Source: a virus
Taxonomy: Duplodnaviria > Caudoviricetes
Length of the DNA: 35,374 nucleotides
Reading direction: 5' to 3' (one strand)
Virus record (IMG/VR): IMGVR_UViG_3300020042_013011
Span: 1-35,374 of that record
Translations under genes and position numbers: made by a program
Notes under the pieces: model-generated
The model's database searches: none
Seen by the model: only the letters and a program-made list of their open reading frames with translations
What the model was told of the DNA's origin: nothing
Shown: in pieces, positions 1-9,128 of the stretch
How positions within the stretch are numbered: position 1 is the first letter of the stretch
Layout: each line of letters opens with the position of its first letter

Positions 1-1
1 G

Positions 2-76
2 ATAAATGATGATAATCTAGTTGACTTGTTACAATATTATGATTTAATTAATGAATTAGAAACTGTAAATGTCTAA
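2..76 (+). CDS. 3' end of an upstream gene (partial), hypothetical protein
   Basis: Frame 2 is open from the window edge (INDDNLVDLLQYYDLINELETVNV*) to TAA at 74-76, overlapping the ATG at 69. Confidence 0.7.
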   Translation: MNDDNLVDLLQYYDLINELETVNV

Positions 77-572
77 ACTTAAAGAAATAATTCGTAAAAA
101 ACTCAAAGAAATGAGTGCTACCGGAATGGGTGGTGCTTCATTTTCTCCTGGAGAAGGAATGAATTATGCTACACCTAAAGCATTTAAAAAAACAAAAAGT
201 ATTGAAGAAGGTCCTGGAGCTAGTTTAGGAATGGGTCCTAAAGCTGGTTCTGAAGGTGTAAAAGATAATGCTTACGTGAAACAATTTAAATATAAATTAG
301 TTCCTAATAAAATTAAAGGATCTGGTTTAGAAGTTAAACAACTTTGGGAAGAAGATACATTAAATGAAGTAAACGAATTCCAACAAAAACGTTTAGACGC
401 ATTAGAGGAAATTGAAAAACTAATGAACGAAATTAGCCCATTAATTTCAAACGCTAAAAATGAAACCATTGAACTATATAGCGGAAACGCAGGTTCGTAC
501 GATATAACAAAACCAATTGAAATGGTAAAGAGTTATCTCCAAGACATAAAACAACTATTATCAGAAAAATAA
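69..572 (+). CDS. Hypothetical protein, putative internal head/prohead core protein
   Basis: 167 aa ORF in the head module; several L/I-x-E motifs (LKE, IEE, LNE); TAATG coupling to the next gene. Confidence 0.6.
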   Translation: MSKLKEIIRKKLKEMSATGMGGASFSPGEGMNYATPKAFKKTKSIEEGPGASLGMGPKAGSEGVKDNAYVKQFKYKLVPNKIKGSGLEVKQLWEEDTLNEVNEFQQKRLDALEEIEKLMNEISPLISNAKNETIELYSGNAGSYDITKPIEMVKSYLQDIKQLLSEK

Positions 573-2434
573 TGAAAAAGACACTACAAGATCAGTATTT
601 GTTAATTAAAGAAGGTAAAGGACATAAAGGTGTTTTCTTATCAGAAGCAAAACGTCAATTCCCAGATATCGTTCGCAACGCAGCTACATTTAATGAAGCA
701 GCAGCTTCTCTTATTACTAAAAAAATCATTGCAGAAAATGTAATTGGTTTAGGAGCTATTAATTCTCCATTTGAGCCTAAGAAAAAAGAATCATATGAAT
801 TAGCATATGAATCATTTTTAGCTGAAGCTAAGAAAAAAGAAAACGAAGACGAAAAAGTAAAAGCTGAAGAAAAAAAAGTGTCTAAACCTGTTGAAGAAGA
901 TTACGCACGTAACTTTGATCGTAAAGACGATAAAAACATAGACAACTTGATTTTTGATCAAGTAATGACTGGATATTACGCTGAAATGAAAGATCCTAAA
1001 AATGCAGATAAAACAATGCAAGAATTGAAGGATATCGTAATGAAAAACTTACAAAAAGATCCTATTTTCTATACAAAGGATGGTCAATTTGGAGTTAAAG
1101 GTTTAGGATACACAACTGAAGCACCTGGATTAGGTACTCCAAAAGAAGCTAAAGGAAAATACAAATCAAGCGGATATGGTGACTTAAAAGAAGGTGTAGA
1201 GAAATTTGTATCGGATATTAAAGATGCTGTAACTAAAAAAAGCGATAAAAAATTCTCGCCTGAAGAAATTAAAGCTAAGCTAAAAAAGAAACGCGAAGAA
1301 GAACTTGAGCGTAGAAAAAAAGCAGGTGAATCACTTGAAGAAATTACATTACGTAAAGCTATTCAAGAAATGATTGATGAAGAATTAAATTCTGGCGAAT
1401 TTGAAGATACTCTTTTTAAACTTGAACAACCACATTTAGGTGATAAAGAAGCTTTAACTACAATTCAAAAAATATATTCTCGCCACAGCCAAGGACTTAA
1501 TTCAGCGGCTCAGAACATAGAAGAAAACGAAGTTGAAGAAGCATATCAATTATTTAATATTGAGCCTGTAAAAAGCGATAAAGAAAGAAATGAAAGAGAT
1601 CCTCAACCATTTCTTACAACATATATTGATCCTTCAGTAGTAGATTCACTTACTAAAAATCAACACTTAAGAATCCTTAGAAATCCTTCCAACCCGGAAA
1701 ATGTTACACTTGCTATTCGTGCTACATTAGCTCCAACCTCAGATAAAAATTTAGGGAAAACAACAGATAATTTAAATAAACTCCCATTAGATATTCCTAC
1801 AGAATTAAAAAGTTTTTTAACTGATACAAATAATTTAGGTGGAGAAAAAAAATTACCAACAAGAATAGGTGAGATGGTAACATATAAAGTACTTAATAAT
1901 GCTACTTTAAATAAAAACGGAAGCTTAGTAATTAAGGTTCCAAATCCAAGATACCAAAAAACACAAGAATCTTTACGTGAAGGTGTAGAAAAAGATTTAG
2001 CTGCTATCAACAAAGAAGCAGAACATGAAGTTCTACAATCCAAAATGGAAAAAATTCAAGCACTCATCGATAAAAAACAATCACAAATTTCAAGATTGGA
2101 TGAAGATGAGGATATGAAAGATCTTACCGACGATAAAAAAGTTAAAGAAATTTCAAAAGATATTAAATCTCTAGAAAAAGCAAAAGCTAAATTAGAGAAA
2201 ATAATGTCCAAATTCAAAGGCAAAAAACCAGAATTTAAAAAAGTAATCGATGAAACTGAGGAAGAAGTAGAAGATGAAACAAATGCTGATTATGAGGATT
2301 ATGAAGGGGATGCTAATAGACGTCAAGATATGGGGCAAAAAATAGATTCTATTTTATCAAATTATAATAACTTATCATTTAATGAGAGAGTTAATTTAAG
2401 AGGTGAATTAGAAGCTAGAAAAGAAGACCAATAA
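572..2434 (+). CDS. Large Lys/Glu-rich hypothetical protein, putative internal head protein
   Basis: 620 aa, highly charged with a coiled-coil-like C-terminus, directly upstream of the prohead protease; many L/I-x-E motifs. Confidence 0.6.
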   Translation: MKKTLQDQYLLIKEGKGHKGVFLSEAKRQFPDIVRNAATFNEAAASLITKKIIAENVIGLGAINSPFEPKKKESYELAYESFLAEAKKKENEDEKVKAEEKKVSKPVEEDYARNFDRKDDKNIDNLIFDQVMTGYYAEMKDPKNADKTMQELKDIVMKNLQKDPIFYTKDGQFGVKGLGYTTEAPGLGTPKEAKGKYKSSGYGDLKEGVEKFVSDIKDAVTKKSDKKFSPEEIKAKLKKKREEELERRKKAGESLEEITLRKAIQEMIDEELNSGEFEDTLFKLEQPHLGDKEALTTIQKIYSRHSQGLNSAAQNIEENEVEEAYQLFNIEPVKSDKERNERDPQPFLTTYIDPSVVDSLTKNQHLRILRNPSNPENVTLAIRATLAPTSDKNLGKTTDNLNKLPLDIPTELKSFLTDTNNLGGEKKLPTRIGEMVTYKVLNNATLNKNGSLVIKVPNPRYQKTQESLREGVEKDLAAINKEAEHEVLQSKMEKIQALIDKKQSQISRLDEDEDMKDLTDDKKVKEISKDIKSLEKAKAKLEKIMSKFKGKKPEFKKVIDETEEEVEDETNADYEDYEGDANRRQDMGQKIDSILSNYNNLSFNERVNLRGELEARKEDQ

Positions 2435-2435
2435 C

Positions 2436-3068
2436 ATGAACAAACAACTATTAATAGAGACCAGACACTTCAGCCCTAAACCACTTTCGTTATTGGAAGG
2501 GATGAAAACTAATGGAAATGTTTTCGTTGAAGGTATATTGGCTACTGTTGAAGTTAAAAATGGTAATGGTCGCTATTATTCTAGAGAATTATGGGAACGT
2601 GAAATTGACAATTTTACACGTAAAATCCAACAGAAATCAACTGAAACATGTGGTGAATTGGACCATCCGGACTCGCAAGTAATTAACCTTAAAAACGCAT
2701 CTCATGCGGTGCGTGAATTGTATTGGAAAGGTGATGAAATTTGGGGTAAAGTAGAAATTTTCGCTGACATGGGTGATTTAGGTACTTCATCTGGTCGTAT
2801 AGCAGGTGCATTAGTTAAAAATGGCTTACTGATCGGAATATCTTCTCGTGGAATGGGTTCATTAAAAGAAATAGGTGGAGTAATGGAAGTACAAGACGAT
2901 TTCGAATTATTAACTTGGGATTTAGTTTCCAACCCATCTAACCCAGATTCATGGATGAAAAACGGTGCGTTAAACGAATCACGTACTACATTCTTGGATC
3001 CATACGCTAAAACAAACTCACTTATTACCGAAATTTTATGTGCTAAAGGTACATGTCCGATATTTTAA
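2436..3068 (+). CDS. gp21: T4 gp21-like prohead core protease
   Basis: Motifs NGNGRYY, GELDHP (catalytic His), GISSRGMGS (catalytic Ser) and WDLVSNPS; lies upstream of scaffold and capsid genes. Confidence 0.93.
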   Translation: MNKQLLIETRHFSPKPLSLLEGMKTNGNVFVEGILATVEVKNGNGRYYSRELWEREIDNFTRKIQQKSTETCGELDHPDSQVINLKNASHAVRELYWKGDEIWGKVEIFADMGDLGTSSGRIAGALVKNGLLIGISSRGMGSLKEIGGVMEVQDDFELLTWDLVSNPSNPDSWMKNGALNESRTTFLDPYAKTNSLITEILCAKGTCPIF

Positions 3069-3091
3069 AATATGCAAATCGGTGAATAATT

Positions 3092-3116
3092 AGCTCTCAT
3101 TTGAGGGCTTTTTTTT
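3092..3116 (+). terminator. Rho-independent terminator
   Basis: AGCTCTCA-TT-TGAGGGCT hairpin followed by a T run, just after the protease stop. Confidence 0.75.
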
Positions 3117-3254
3117 ACCTTGCGACTTTGAGTATATCAACACATACATATAACCCGAATATGCCACCCCCCTCAATATATGTGGTATCAATTAAACGAA
3201 TTCTATTACGTTTTATAATAAACGTACTTTCCCAACAAAATTAATTTAGGAAAA

Positions 3255-4469
3255 ATGGCAACAAACAGAGAAATGCTTAAAGAAGCAATCGCTGACGCTA
3301 AAGCTGTTAAAGAAACTGCAATAGCAAACGCAAAAGCTGCTCTAGAAGAAGCCTTCGCACCTCAATTGAAATCAATGTTATCAATGAAACTTCAAGAAAT
3401 GGAAGAGATGGAAGAAATGGAAGACAAAATGTACGAAATGGAAGACGAAAAATCTATGGAAGAAGGACATGATGAAAAAATGATGGAAATTGATTTGGAA
3501 GAACTTTTAGCGGAGCTAGAATTAGAAGAAGGAGATATGGAAGGCCTTAACGAAGCTGAAGAAGAGGAAGAAGACGAAGAGTCTGAAGAATCTGAAGAAG
3601 GTGAAGAAGAAGGTGAACCAATCGAACTCGAAGACATGACAGACGAAGATCTAAAAGACATGATCGAAGATGTTATTAAAGACATGATTGCATCCGGAGA
3701 ACTTGAAGCTGGTCACGAAGGTGAAGAAGGCGAAGAAGAAGGTGAAGAATCAGAAGAAAGCGAAGAAGAAATCGACTTAGCAGAATTATTAAGAGAAATC
3801 GAAGAAATGGATGAACCAGTAGACGAAGGTCTTAAATCATTCCTTTACGGAGATCCAAAAGAAGATGTAAAAGCATTTGCAAAATATCTTGAAGGTAAAG
3901 GTAAAGATGCTTCTATGGCACAAGCTATCTTTAACGAAAAAGATAGAGCTGCTAAAAAAGACATGCTTGCAAATCTTGATATCGACATGTCTGACATGAC
4001 TTCACGTTTTGGAAAACGTACAAAAGATGTATTATTCAGCTTAGGTGCAATTACAAAAGATGAAAGAGATGCTAACCGTAGCGCTGGAGATTTAATTAAA
4101 TTTACAGAATCTAAAATGGACGATGAATTAGCTGAAGCTTATTCAACAATTAAAACTCTTAAGTCTGAATTAAACGAAATTAATTTGTTAAATGCTAAAT
4201 TGCTTTATACAAATAAAATCTTCAAAGCTAAAAACTTAAATGAAAGTCAAAAAGTAAAAGTGTTAAGTTCTTTTGACAAAGCTAAAAACGTAGGTGAAGT
4301 GAAAATGGTATTTGAAACATTAAACGAGGGTATTAAAGTTTCTAAAAACATTATTAAAGAAAACCTAGGTAGCGCATCAAAAACAACTATGACACCTAAC
4401 GTTAAAAAACCAATCGTAGAGTCAAACGATGCATTCTTACGTATGCAAAAATTGGCTGGAATTATTTAA
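3255..4469 (+). CDS. Prohead core scaffolding protein (gp22-like position)
   Basis: 404 aa, very acidic E/D-rich centre and coiled-coil ends, located between protease and major capsid gene. Confidence 0.8.
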   Translation: MATNREMLKEAIADAKAVKETAIANAKAALEEAFAPQLKSMLSMKLQEMEEMEEMEDKMYEMEDEKSMEEGHDEKMMEIDLEELLAELELEEGDMEGLNEAEEEEEDEESEESEEGEEEGEPIELEDMTDEDLKDMIEDVIKDMIASGELEAGHEGEEGEEEGEESEESEEEIDLAELLREIEEMDEPVDEGLKSFLYGDPKEDVKAFAKYLEGKGKDASMAQAIFNEKDRAAKKDMLANLDIDMSDMTSRFGKRTKDVLFSLGAITKDERDANRSAGDLIKFTESKMDDELAEAYSTIKTLKSELNEINLLNAKLLYTNKIFKAKNLNESQKVKVLSSFDKAKNVGEVKMVFETLNEGIKVSKNIIKENLGSASKTTMTPNVKKPIVESNDAFLRMQKLAGII

Positions 4470-4495
4470 TTTAAACTAAAAACAAAAAAACAAAA

Positions 4496-6220
4496 ATGTC
4501 AAACATTAATTCTCTTTTAGAAAGTGCGGCATCTGGATGGAAAAACATGCAGAGTGACGCAGCTCGAATGTCCTCAAAATGGGGTAAAACGGGATTATTA
4601 GAAGGATTAGGAAGTGAAGTTGAGAAAAACAACATGGCTTTAATCCTTGAAAACCAAGCAAAACAATTAGTTGTTGAGCAATCTTCAAATCAAGTTGGAG
4701 GTGGGGGATTTACAACAGGTCAAGGTGAATCTTGGGCTGGAGTAGCTCTTCCATTAGTACGTAAAGTATTCGGTTCTTTATCATCTAAAGAATTCGTTTC
4801 TGTACAACCAATGAATTTGCCTTCTGGACTTGTATTCTTCTTAGATTTCCAATATGGTGGTGCTTCTGCTAAAGCTGCTCCAACTTTACCATTTGGTCCT
4901 GCTGGCGATACTTACGCTTCAGGTTCATCTATGTATGGTAATACAAACCCAGGTGTAGCTAATGATCCTAATGGTGGTCTTTATGGTGCAGGTCGTTTTG
5001 CTTACTCTATCAACCAATTCTCAGCTTCTGTTCAAGTATCTCGTTCAGCTGCTCTTTGGTCTGATGTAGATTACGATACTACATTATCTGCTTCTGTTGC
5101 TGCAGGTGATGTCCAAAAAGTAACTTACTTTGTTGGTACAGGTACTAACGTTCTTTACCCAGATTTTAAAGGTGTTCGTGCTTTCGTTCCTGGTTCAAGT
5201 TCAGTTTCCATCCCAGCTACTGAAACAATTAACCGTTTATACCCTCAGTACACATTTACTAACGGTACAACCCAAATCTCCTTTATTTTCTCTGGTTCTG
5301 CAGCGAGTAATATCTTTATCCCAGGTACAGGTTCAGTTCACGGCCCAGCAGCAAATACATTATTCTACAACGTAGCTCCACAAGACAACCGTCGTGGTGA
5401 TTTCGAAGATAATGCTGGTGCTGGTTATCCAAATGCTGAGTCTACATCTACAGATAACTTGGCTATTCCACAAATCAATATCCAAATGAAATCTGAGGCT
5501 ATTGTTGCTAAAACTCGTAAGTTGAAAGCACAATGGACACCAGAATTTGCTCAAGATTTGAACGCATACCAATCTTTGGATGCTGAAGCAGAATTGACTT
5601 CAATCATGAGTGAATATATCGCATTGGAAATGGATCTTGAAATCATCGACATGTTGATCCAAGATGCATCTGCATGGGATGAGTACTGGTCAGCTAAAAA
5701 CAACAACTACTTGAATAGTGGCAAAACAGCTTGGGCAACTGATGCTGGTTACTACAACACACAAGGTCAGTGGTTCCAAACTTTAGGTACTAAAATGCAA
5801 AAAGTTAGTAACAAAATCCACCAGAAAACTCTTCGTGGAGGTGCTAACTTTATCGTATGTTCTCCAACAGTTGCAACTATCTTGGAATCAATCCCAGGAT
5901 TTGCTTCATCTTCTGATGGTGATGTAACTAAAGCATCTTACGCATTTGGTATCCAAAAAGCGGGTCAAATGAATAACCGTTACACAGTTTACAAAAACCC
6001 TTACATGACAGAAAACTTGATGTTGATGGGTTATAGAGGAGCTCAATTCCTTGAAACTGGTGCGGTATTTGCTCCATATGTACCATTAATCATGACACCT
6101 CTTGTGTACGATCCAGATACATTTACTCCACGTAAAGGTCTCTTAACTCGTTACGCTAAGAAAATGATCCGTCCGGAATTCTTCGGTCGTATCTGGATCA
6201 ACGATTTGAACGTACTTTAA
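4496..6220 (+). CDS. gp23: Major capsid protein, T4 gp23-like
   Basis: KW..TGLLEGL, ILENQ, VSVQPMNLPSGLVF, AKTRKLKAQWTPEFAQDL, FAPYVPL and FTPRKGLLTRY are characteristic gp23 motifs. Confidence 0.96.
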   Translation: MSNINSLLESAASGWKNMQSDAARMSSKWGKTGLLEGLGSEVEKNNMALILENQAKQLVVEQSSNQVGGGGFTTGQGESWAGVALPLVRKVFGSLSSKEFVSVQPMNLPSGLVFFLDFQYGGASAKAAPTLPFGPAGDTYASGSSMYGNTNPGVANDPNGGLYGAGRFAYSINQFSASVQVSRSAALWSDVDYDTTLSASVAAGDVQKVTYFVGTGTNVLYPDFKGVRAFVPGSSSVSIPATETINRLYPQYTFTNGTTQISFIFSGSAASNIFIPGTGSVHGPAANTLFYNVAPQDNRRGDFEDNAGAGYPNAESTSTDNLAIPQINIQMKSEAIVAKTRKLKAQWTPEFAQDLNAYQSLDAEAELTSIMSEYIALEMDLEIIDMLIQDASAWDEYWSAKNNNYLNSGKTAWATDAGYYNTQGQWFQTLGTKMQKVSNKIHQKTLRGGANFIVCSPTVATILESIPGFASSSDGDVTKASYAFGIQKAGQMNNRYTVYKNPYMTENLMLMGYRGAQFLETGAVFAPYVPLIMTPLVYDPDTFTPRKGLLTRYAKKMIRPEFFGRIWINDLNVL

Positions 6221-6245
6221 TAGTAGATAACAATCGATAATAAAG

Positions 6246-6270
6246 AGCCGGACGGAAGTCCGGCTTTTTT
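6246..6270 (+). terminator. Rho-independent terminator after the capsid gene
   Basis: Perfect AGCCGGAC-GGAA-GTCCGGCT hairpin with a GNRA loop plus T tract. Confidence 0.9.
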
Positions 6271-6282
6271 AGTTTCCTTCCA

Positions 6283-6290
6283 ATATTTAT
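6283..6290 (+). promoter_or_regulatory. Putative late promoter motif ATATTTAT(A), first of 13 intergenic copies
   Basis: Copies start at 6283, 7008, 11813, 12331, 14428, 17612, 22363, 24786, 26261, 28055, 29812, 32616 and 34073; variants at 33003 (ATATGTATA) and 3144 (ATACATATA); each lies shortly upstream of a start codon. Confidence 0.7.
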
Positions 6291-6306
6291 TATCAAATAT
6301 AGTTAT

Positions 6307-7005
6307 ATGAACGATTTTAATAGAACGCCACAAGCACAAGAGGTTTTTAAAACAAAAAGAAAACCTAAAGGTCCCATCAAATTTGAAATCCAATTAAATG
6401 AGGAACAAAAGAAAGCAAAAGAAAAAATTCTCTACAACACCGTTACAGTATTAAAAGGTAAAGCAGGTTCCGGTAAATCGCTTTTAGCGGCTAACATAGC
6501 ACTTGACTTATTATTTAGTAGAGAAATCGAAAAGATTATCATAACTCGACCAACTGTAGTAGCAGGGCAAGACATTGGTTTCCTACCAGGAGATGTCAAT
6601 GAAAAACTTGCTCCATTTACTGCTCCGGTATACGAGAACATGCATCGATTATATAATAAAGAAAAAATCGAAAAATGTATATCCGAAGGTGAAATAGAGA
6701 TTGTACCTGTATCTTTTATGCGAGGTAGAAATTTTACTAACTGTTTAGTTGTAATTGACGAGGCACAAAACCTAACAGATACTCAAATGGAATTATTGTT
6801 GACTCGTATATGTCATGGTTCTAAAATGATATTCTGTGGAGATGCTGCTCAAATTGACTTAAAAGATCGTAAAACTTCAGGATTCGATGTTGTATGTAAA
6901 CATATGAAAGATGTACCTGGATTTGAAGTAATTACGTTAGAAAAAAATCACAGACATGAGATTGTAGAGTTTATCTTAGACGTATACAAGAATCTCAGAA
7001 GCTAG
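6307..7005 (+). CDS. phoH: PhoH-family ATPase
   Basis: Walker A GKAGSGKS, ITRPTV, IGFLPGD, FMRGRNF, IDEAQN and GDAAQIDL match PhoH motifs. Confidence 0.95.
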   Translation: MNDFNRTPQAQEVFKTKRKPKGPIKFEIQLNEEQKKAKEKILYNTVTVLKGKAGSGKSLLAANIALDLLFSREIEKIIITRPTVVAGQDIGFLPGDVNEKLAPFTAPVYENMHRLYNKEKIEKCISEGEIEIVPVSFMRGRNFTNCLVVIDEAQNLTDTQMELLLTRICHGSKMIFCGDAAQIDLKDRKTSGFDVVCKHMKDVPGFEVITLEKNHRHEIVEFILDVYKNLRS

Positions 7006-7029
7006 CCATATTTATAACAAAAATTAGAA

Positions 7030-7455
7030 ATGGCTAATCTATATGTAACTTTAACTGAAGAAATTACTCTACCAAATACACCAACACAGAAAACAAATGT
7101 GTTTAAAACTATTCCTAATATCAACTATGTTGATACTAGAATAATGAATTGTCCTTCTGGTTCTCAAACTTCTATATTTAATTTAAGTGCAAATCCTGGA
7201 GCGGGTACTTTTACAACAAGTAGCCTTCAATATGCTAGAATTACAAATGACTCAACAATTCCTGTAAAATTAATAGTTTCTGCTTCTTTATCAAAAGCAA
7301 GCTTTATGATATCTACAGGTAGTTCATTTTACCTATCAACTAGCCAATTTACAGGAAGTATAGACAATGCCCTTACTTTAGAAAACATATCAAGCGTTTC
7401 AATCCAACCATCAGGATCTAATGCTACAATTGAATATTTTATAGCAACAACTTAA
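7030..7455 (+). CDS. Hypothetical Ser/Thr-rich protein, probably a virion structural protein
   Basis: 141 aa, beta-rich composition, preceded by the late motif, within the structural module. Confidence 0.55.
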   Translation: MANLYVTLTEEITLPNTPTQKTNVFKTIPNINYVDTRIMNCPSGSQTSIFNLSANPGAGTFTTSSLQYARITNDSTIPVKLIVSASLSKASFMISTGSSFYLSTSQFTGSIDNALTLENISSVSIQPSGSNATIEYFIATT

Positions 7456-7465
7456 TTAAAATACA

Positions 7466-8614
7466 ATGAATATTCCAATTTGGCCTGGTTCAAGTTCATT
7501 TGCCCCTGGAGATACTCCATTTGGGTTTTATGACAATGATGTACAATTTCAAACAGATGCTGATAAATTTGCAAAATTCTCTTCACAACGTTTAGGTTAT
7601 CCTTTAGTAGAAGTTGAATTACAAGATATAAATTTTTATACAGCATTTGAAGAGGCAATTACAACCTATGGAAACGAGCTATATGCTTATCAAGTAGCAG
7701 AAAATTTGCTATCTTTTCAAGGTGCTTCTACAACAATACAATCCCCTAATAACCAAGTTATTCAGGAAAATATGTCTGCCATTGTTCGTTTATCTCAACA
7801 ATATGGAGAAGAAGCAGGTGTAGGTGGAACAATAACTTATCATACAGGATCCCTTCAACTTACCTCAGGTATACAAGATTATGATATGAATCAATGGGCT
7901 ATTGATAATAATATTCAAGGTCGAATTGAACTAAAACGTATATTTTACGAAGCACCCCCAGCAGTTACAAGATACTTTGATCCATATGCAGGTACGGGTA
8001 CTGGAATGATGCAAATGTTAGATAGCTTTGGTTGGGGGTCTTATTCACCCGCTATTAACTTTATGTTAATGCCTATCAGTTATGATATGCAAAAAATTCA
8101 AGCAATTGAATTAAATGATCAAATTAGAAAATCACAATATACATTTGAGTTAGTAAACAATCGATTAAGATTATTTCCAATCCCAATATCACATTACCAA
8201 TATTTACGTTTTGAGTATATTTTAGAATCTGATCGTAACAATCCATACATGAATAACAACGGTCAAAGTTTAATTACCAACGCCTCTAATGTACCATATG
8301 AGAATCCAACATATAACACGATTAACTCGATTGGTCGTCAATGGATATTTGAGTATGGTTTAAGTATTGTTAAAGAGATGTTAGGATATGTTAGAGGAAA
8401 ATATACTACAATTCCCATCCCTGGAGCAGAAATAACATTAAACCAAGGAGATTTAATTACAGCAGCAACAAACGAAAAAACAGCATTAATAGAACGTTTA
8501 AGATCATATTTTGATACAACTTCCCGCAAAACATTACTTGCTAATAAAGCGGAAGAAGCACAAAGTCAGATGAGTATTTTAACGGATGTACCAATGACAA
8601 TTTTTATAGGATAA
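7466..8614 (+). CDS. Neck/head-completion protein, T4 gp13-like
   Basis: RLGYPLVEVEL near the N-terminus and GKYTTIPIPGAEITLNQ near the C-terminus resemble gp13-type neck proteins; synteny fits. Confidence 0.75.
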   Translation: MNIPIWPGSSSFAPGDTPFGFYDNDVQFQTDADKFAKFSSQRLGYPLVEVELQDINFYTAFEEAITTYGNELYAYQVAENLLSFQGASTTIQSPNNQVIQENMSAIVRLSQQYGEEAGVGGTITYHTGSLQLTSGIQDYDMNQWAIDNNIQGRIELKRIFYEAPPAVTRYFDPYAGTGTGMMQMLDSFGWGSYSPAINFMLMPISYDMQKIQAIELNDQIRKSQYTFELVNNRLRLFPIPISHYQYLRFEYILESDRNNPYMNNNGQSLITNASNVPYENPTYNTINSIGRQWIFEYGLSIVKEMLGYVRGKYTTIPIPGAEITLNQGDLITAATNEKTALIERLRSYFDTTSRKTLLANKAEEAQSQMSILTDVPMTIFIG

Positions 8615-8615
8615 T

Positions 8616-9125
8616 ATGGCTCTTTTTGGCACCCAACGTGATGTTTCCCTAATTAGACACCTCAATCATGAGTTGCTATGGGATATTATTACACAAGAAT
8701 GCGTATATTATCAATTTAAAACTGCTGAAACTAAAACAAACATGTATGGTGAAGCAGCTGGTGCAAAATATTATGGAGCACCTGTTATCTTAAACATGCT
8801 TGTTGATAGAGGTGATAATGCATCTCCTACTGGAGATATGGGTGTAGATTATGCTCGTCCTATGACATTTAAATTCTTTAGAGACGATTTAGTAGATGCT
8901 AGTCTAGTCCCTGATGTAGGCGATATCATCATGTGGTATGAAGGATATTGGGAAGTTGAAAATACAAATGCTAACCAATTCTTTGTAGGTAAAGACCCAG
9001 CATATCCATACAATACAAATCCATTAAATCCTGGATTAGAAAACTTCGGTTCCAATTTATCAATTATGTGTGTATGTCATTATGTACCTGCTGATAGTGT
9101 ACAAATTACTAAAGAAAGGATATAA
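8616..9125 (+). CDS. Neck protein, gp14-like
   Basis: Lies between gp13-like and gp15-like genes; NMYGE and PDVGDII motifs. Confidence 0.6.
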   Translation: MALFGTQRDVSLIRHLNHELLWDIITQECVYYQFKTAETKTNMYGEAAGAKYYGAPVILNMLVDRGDNASPTGDMGVDYARPMTFKFFRDDLVDASLVPDVGDIIMWYEGYWEVENTNANQFFVGKDPAYPYNTNPLNPGLENFGSNLSIMCVCHYVPADSVQITKERI

Positions 9126-9128
9126 GAT

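Noticed and set aside
4859-5465. Intein or intron in the capsid gene
   Set aside because: No C/S...HN splice motifs, no homing endonuclease signature, and an uninterrupted reading frame
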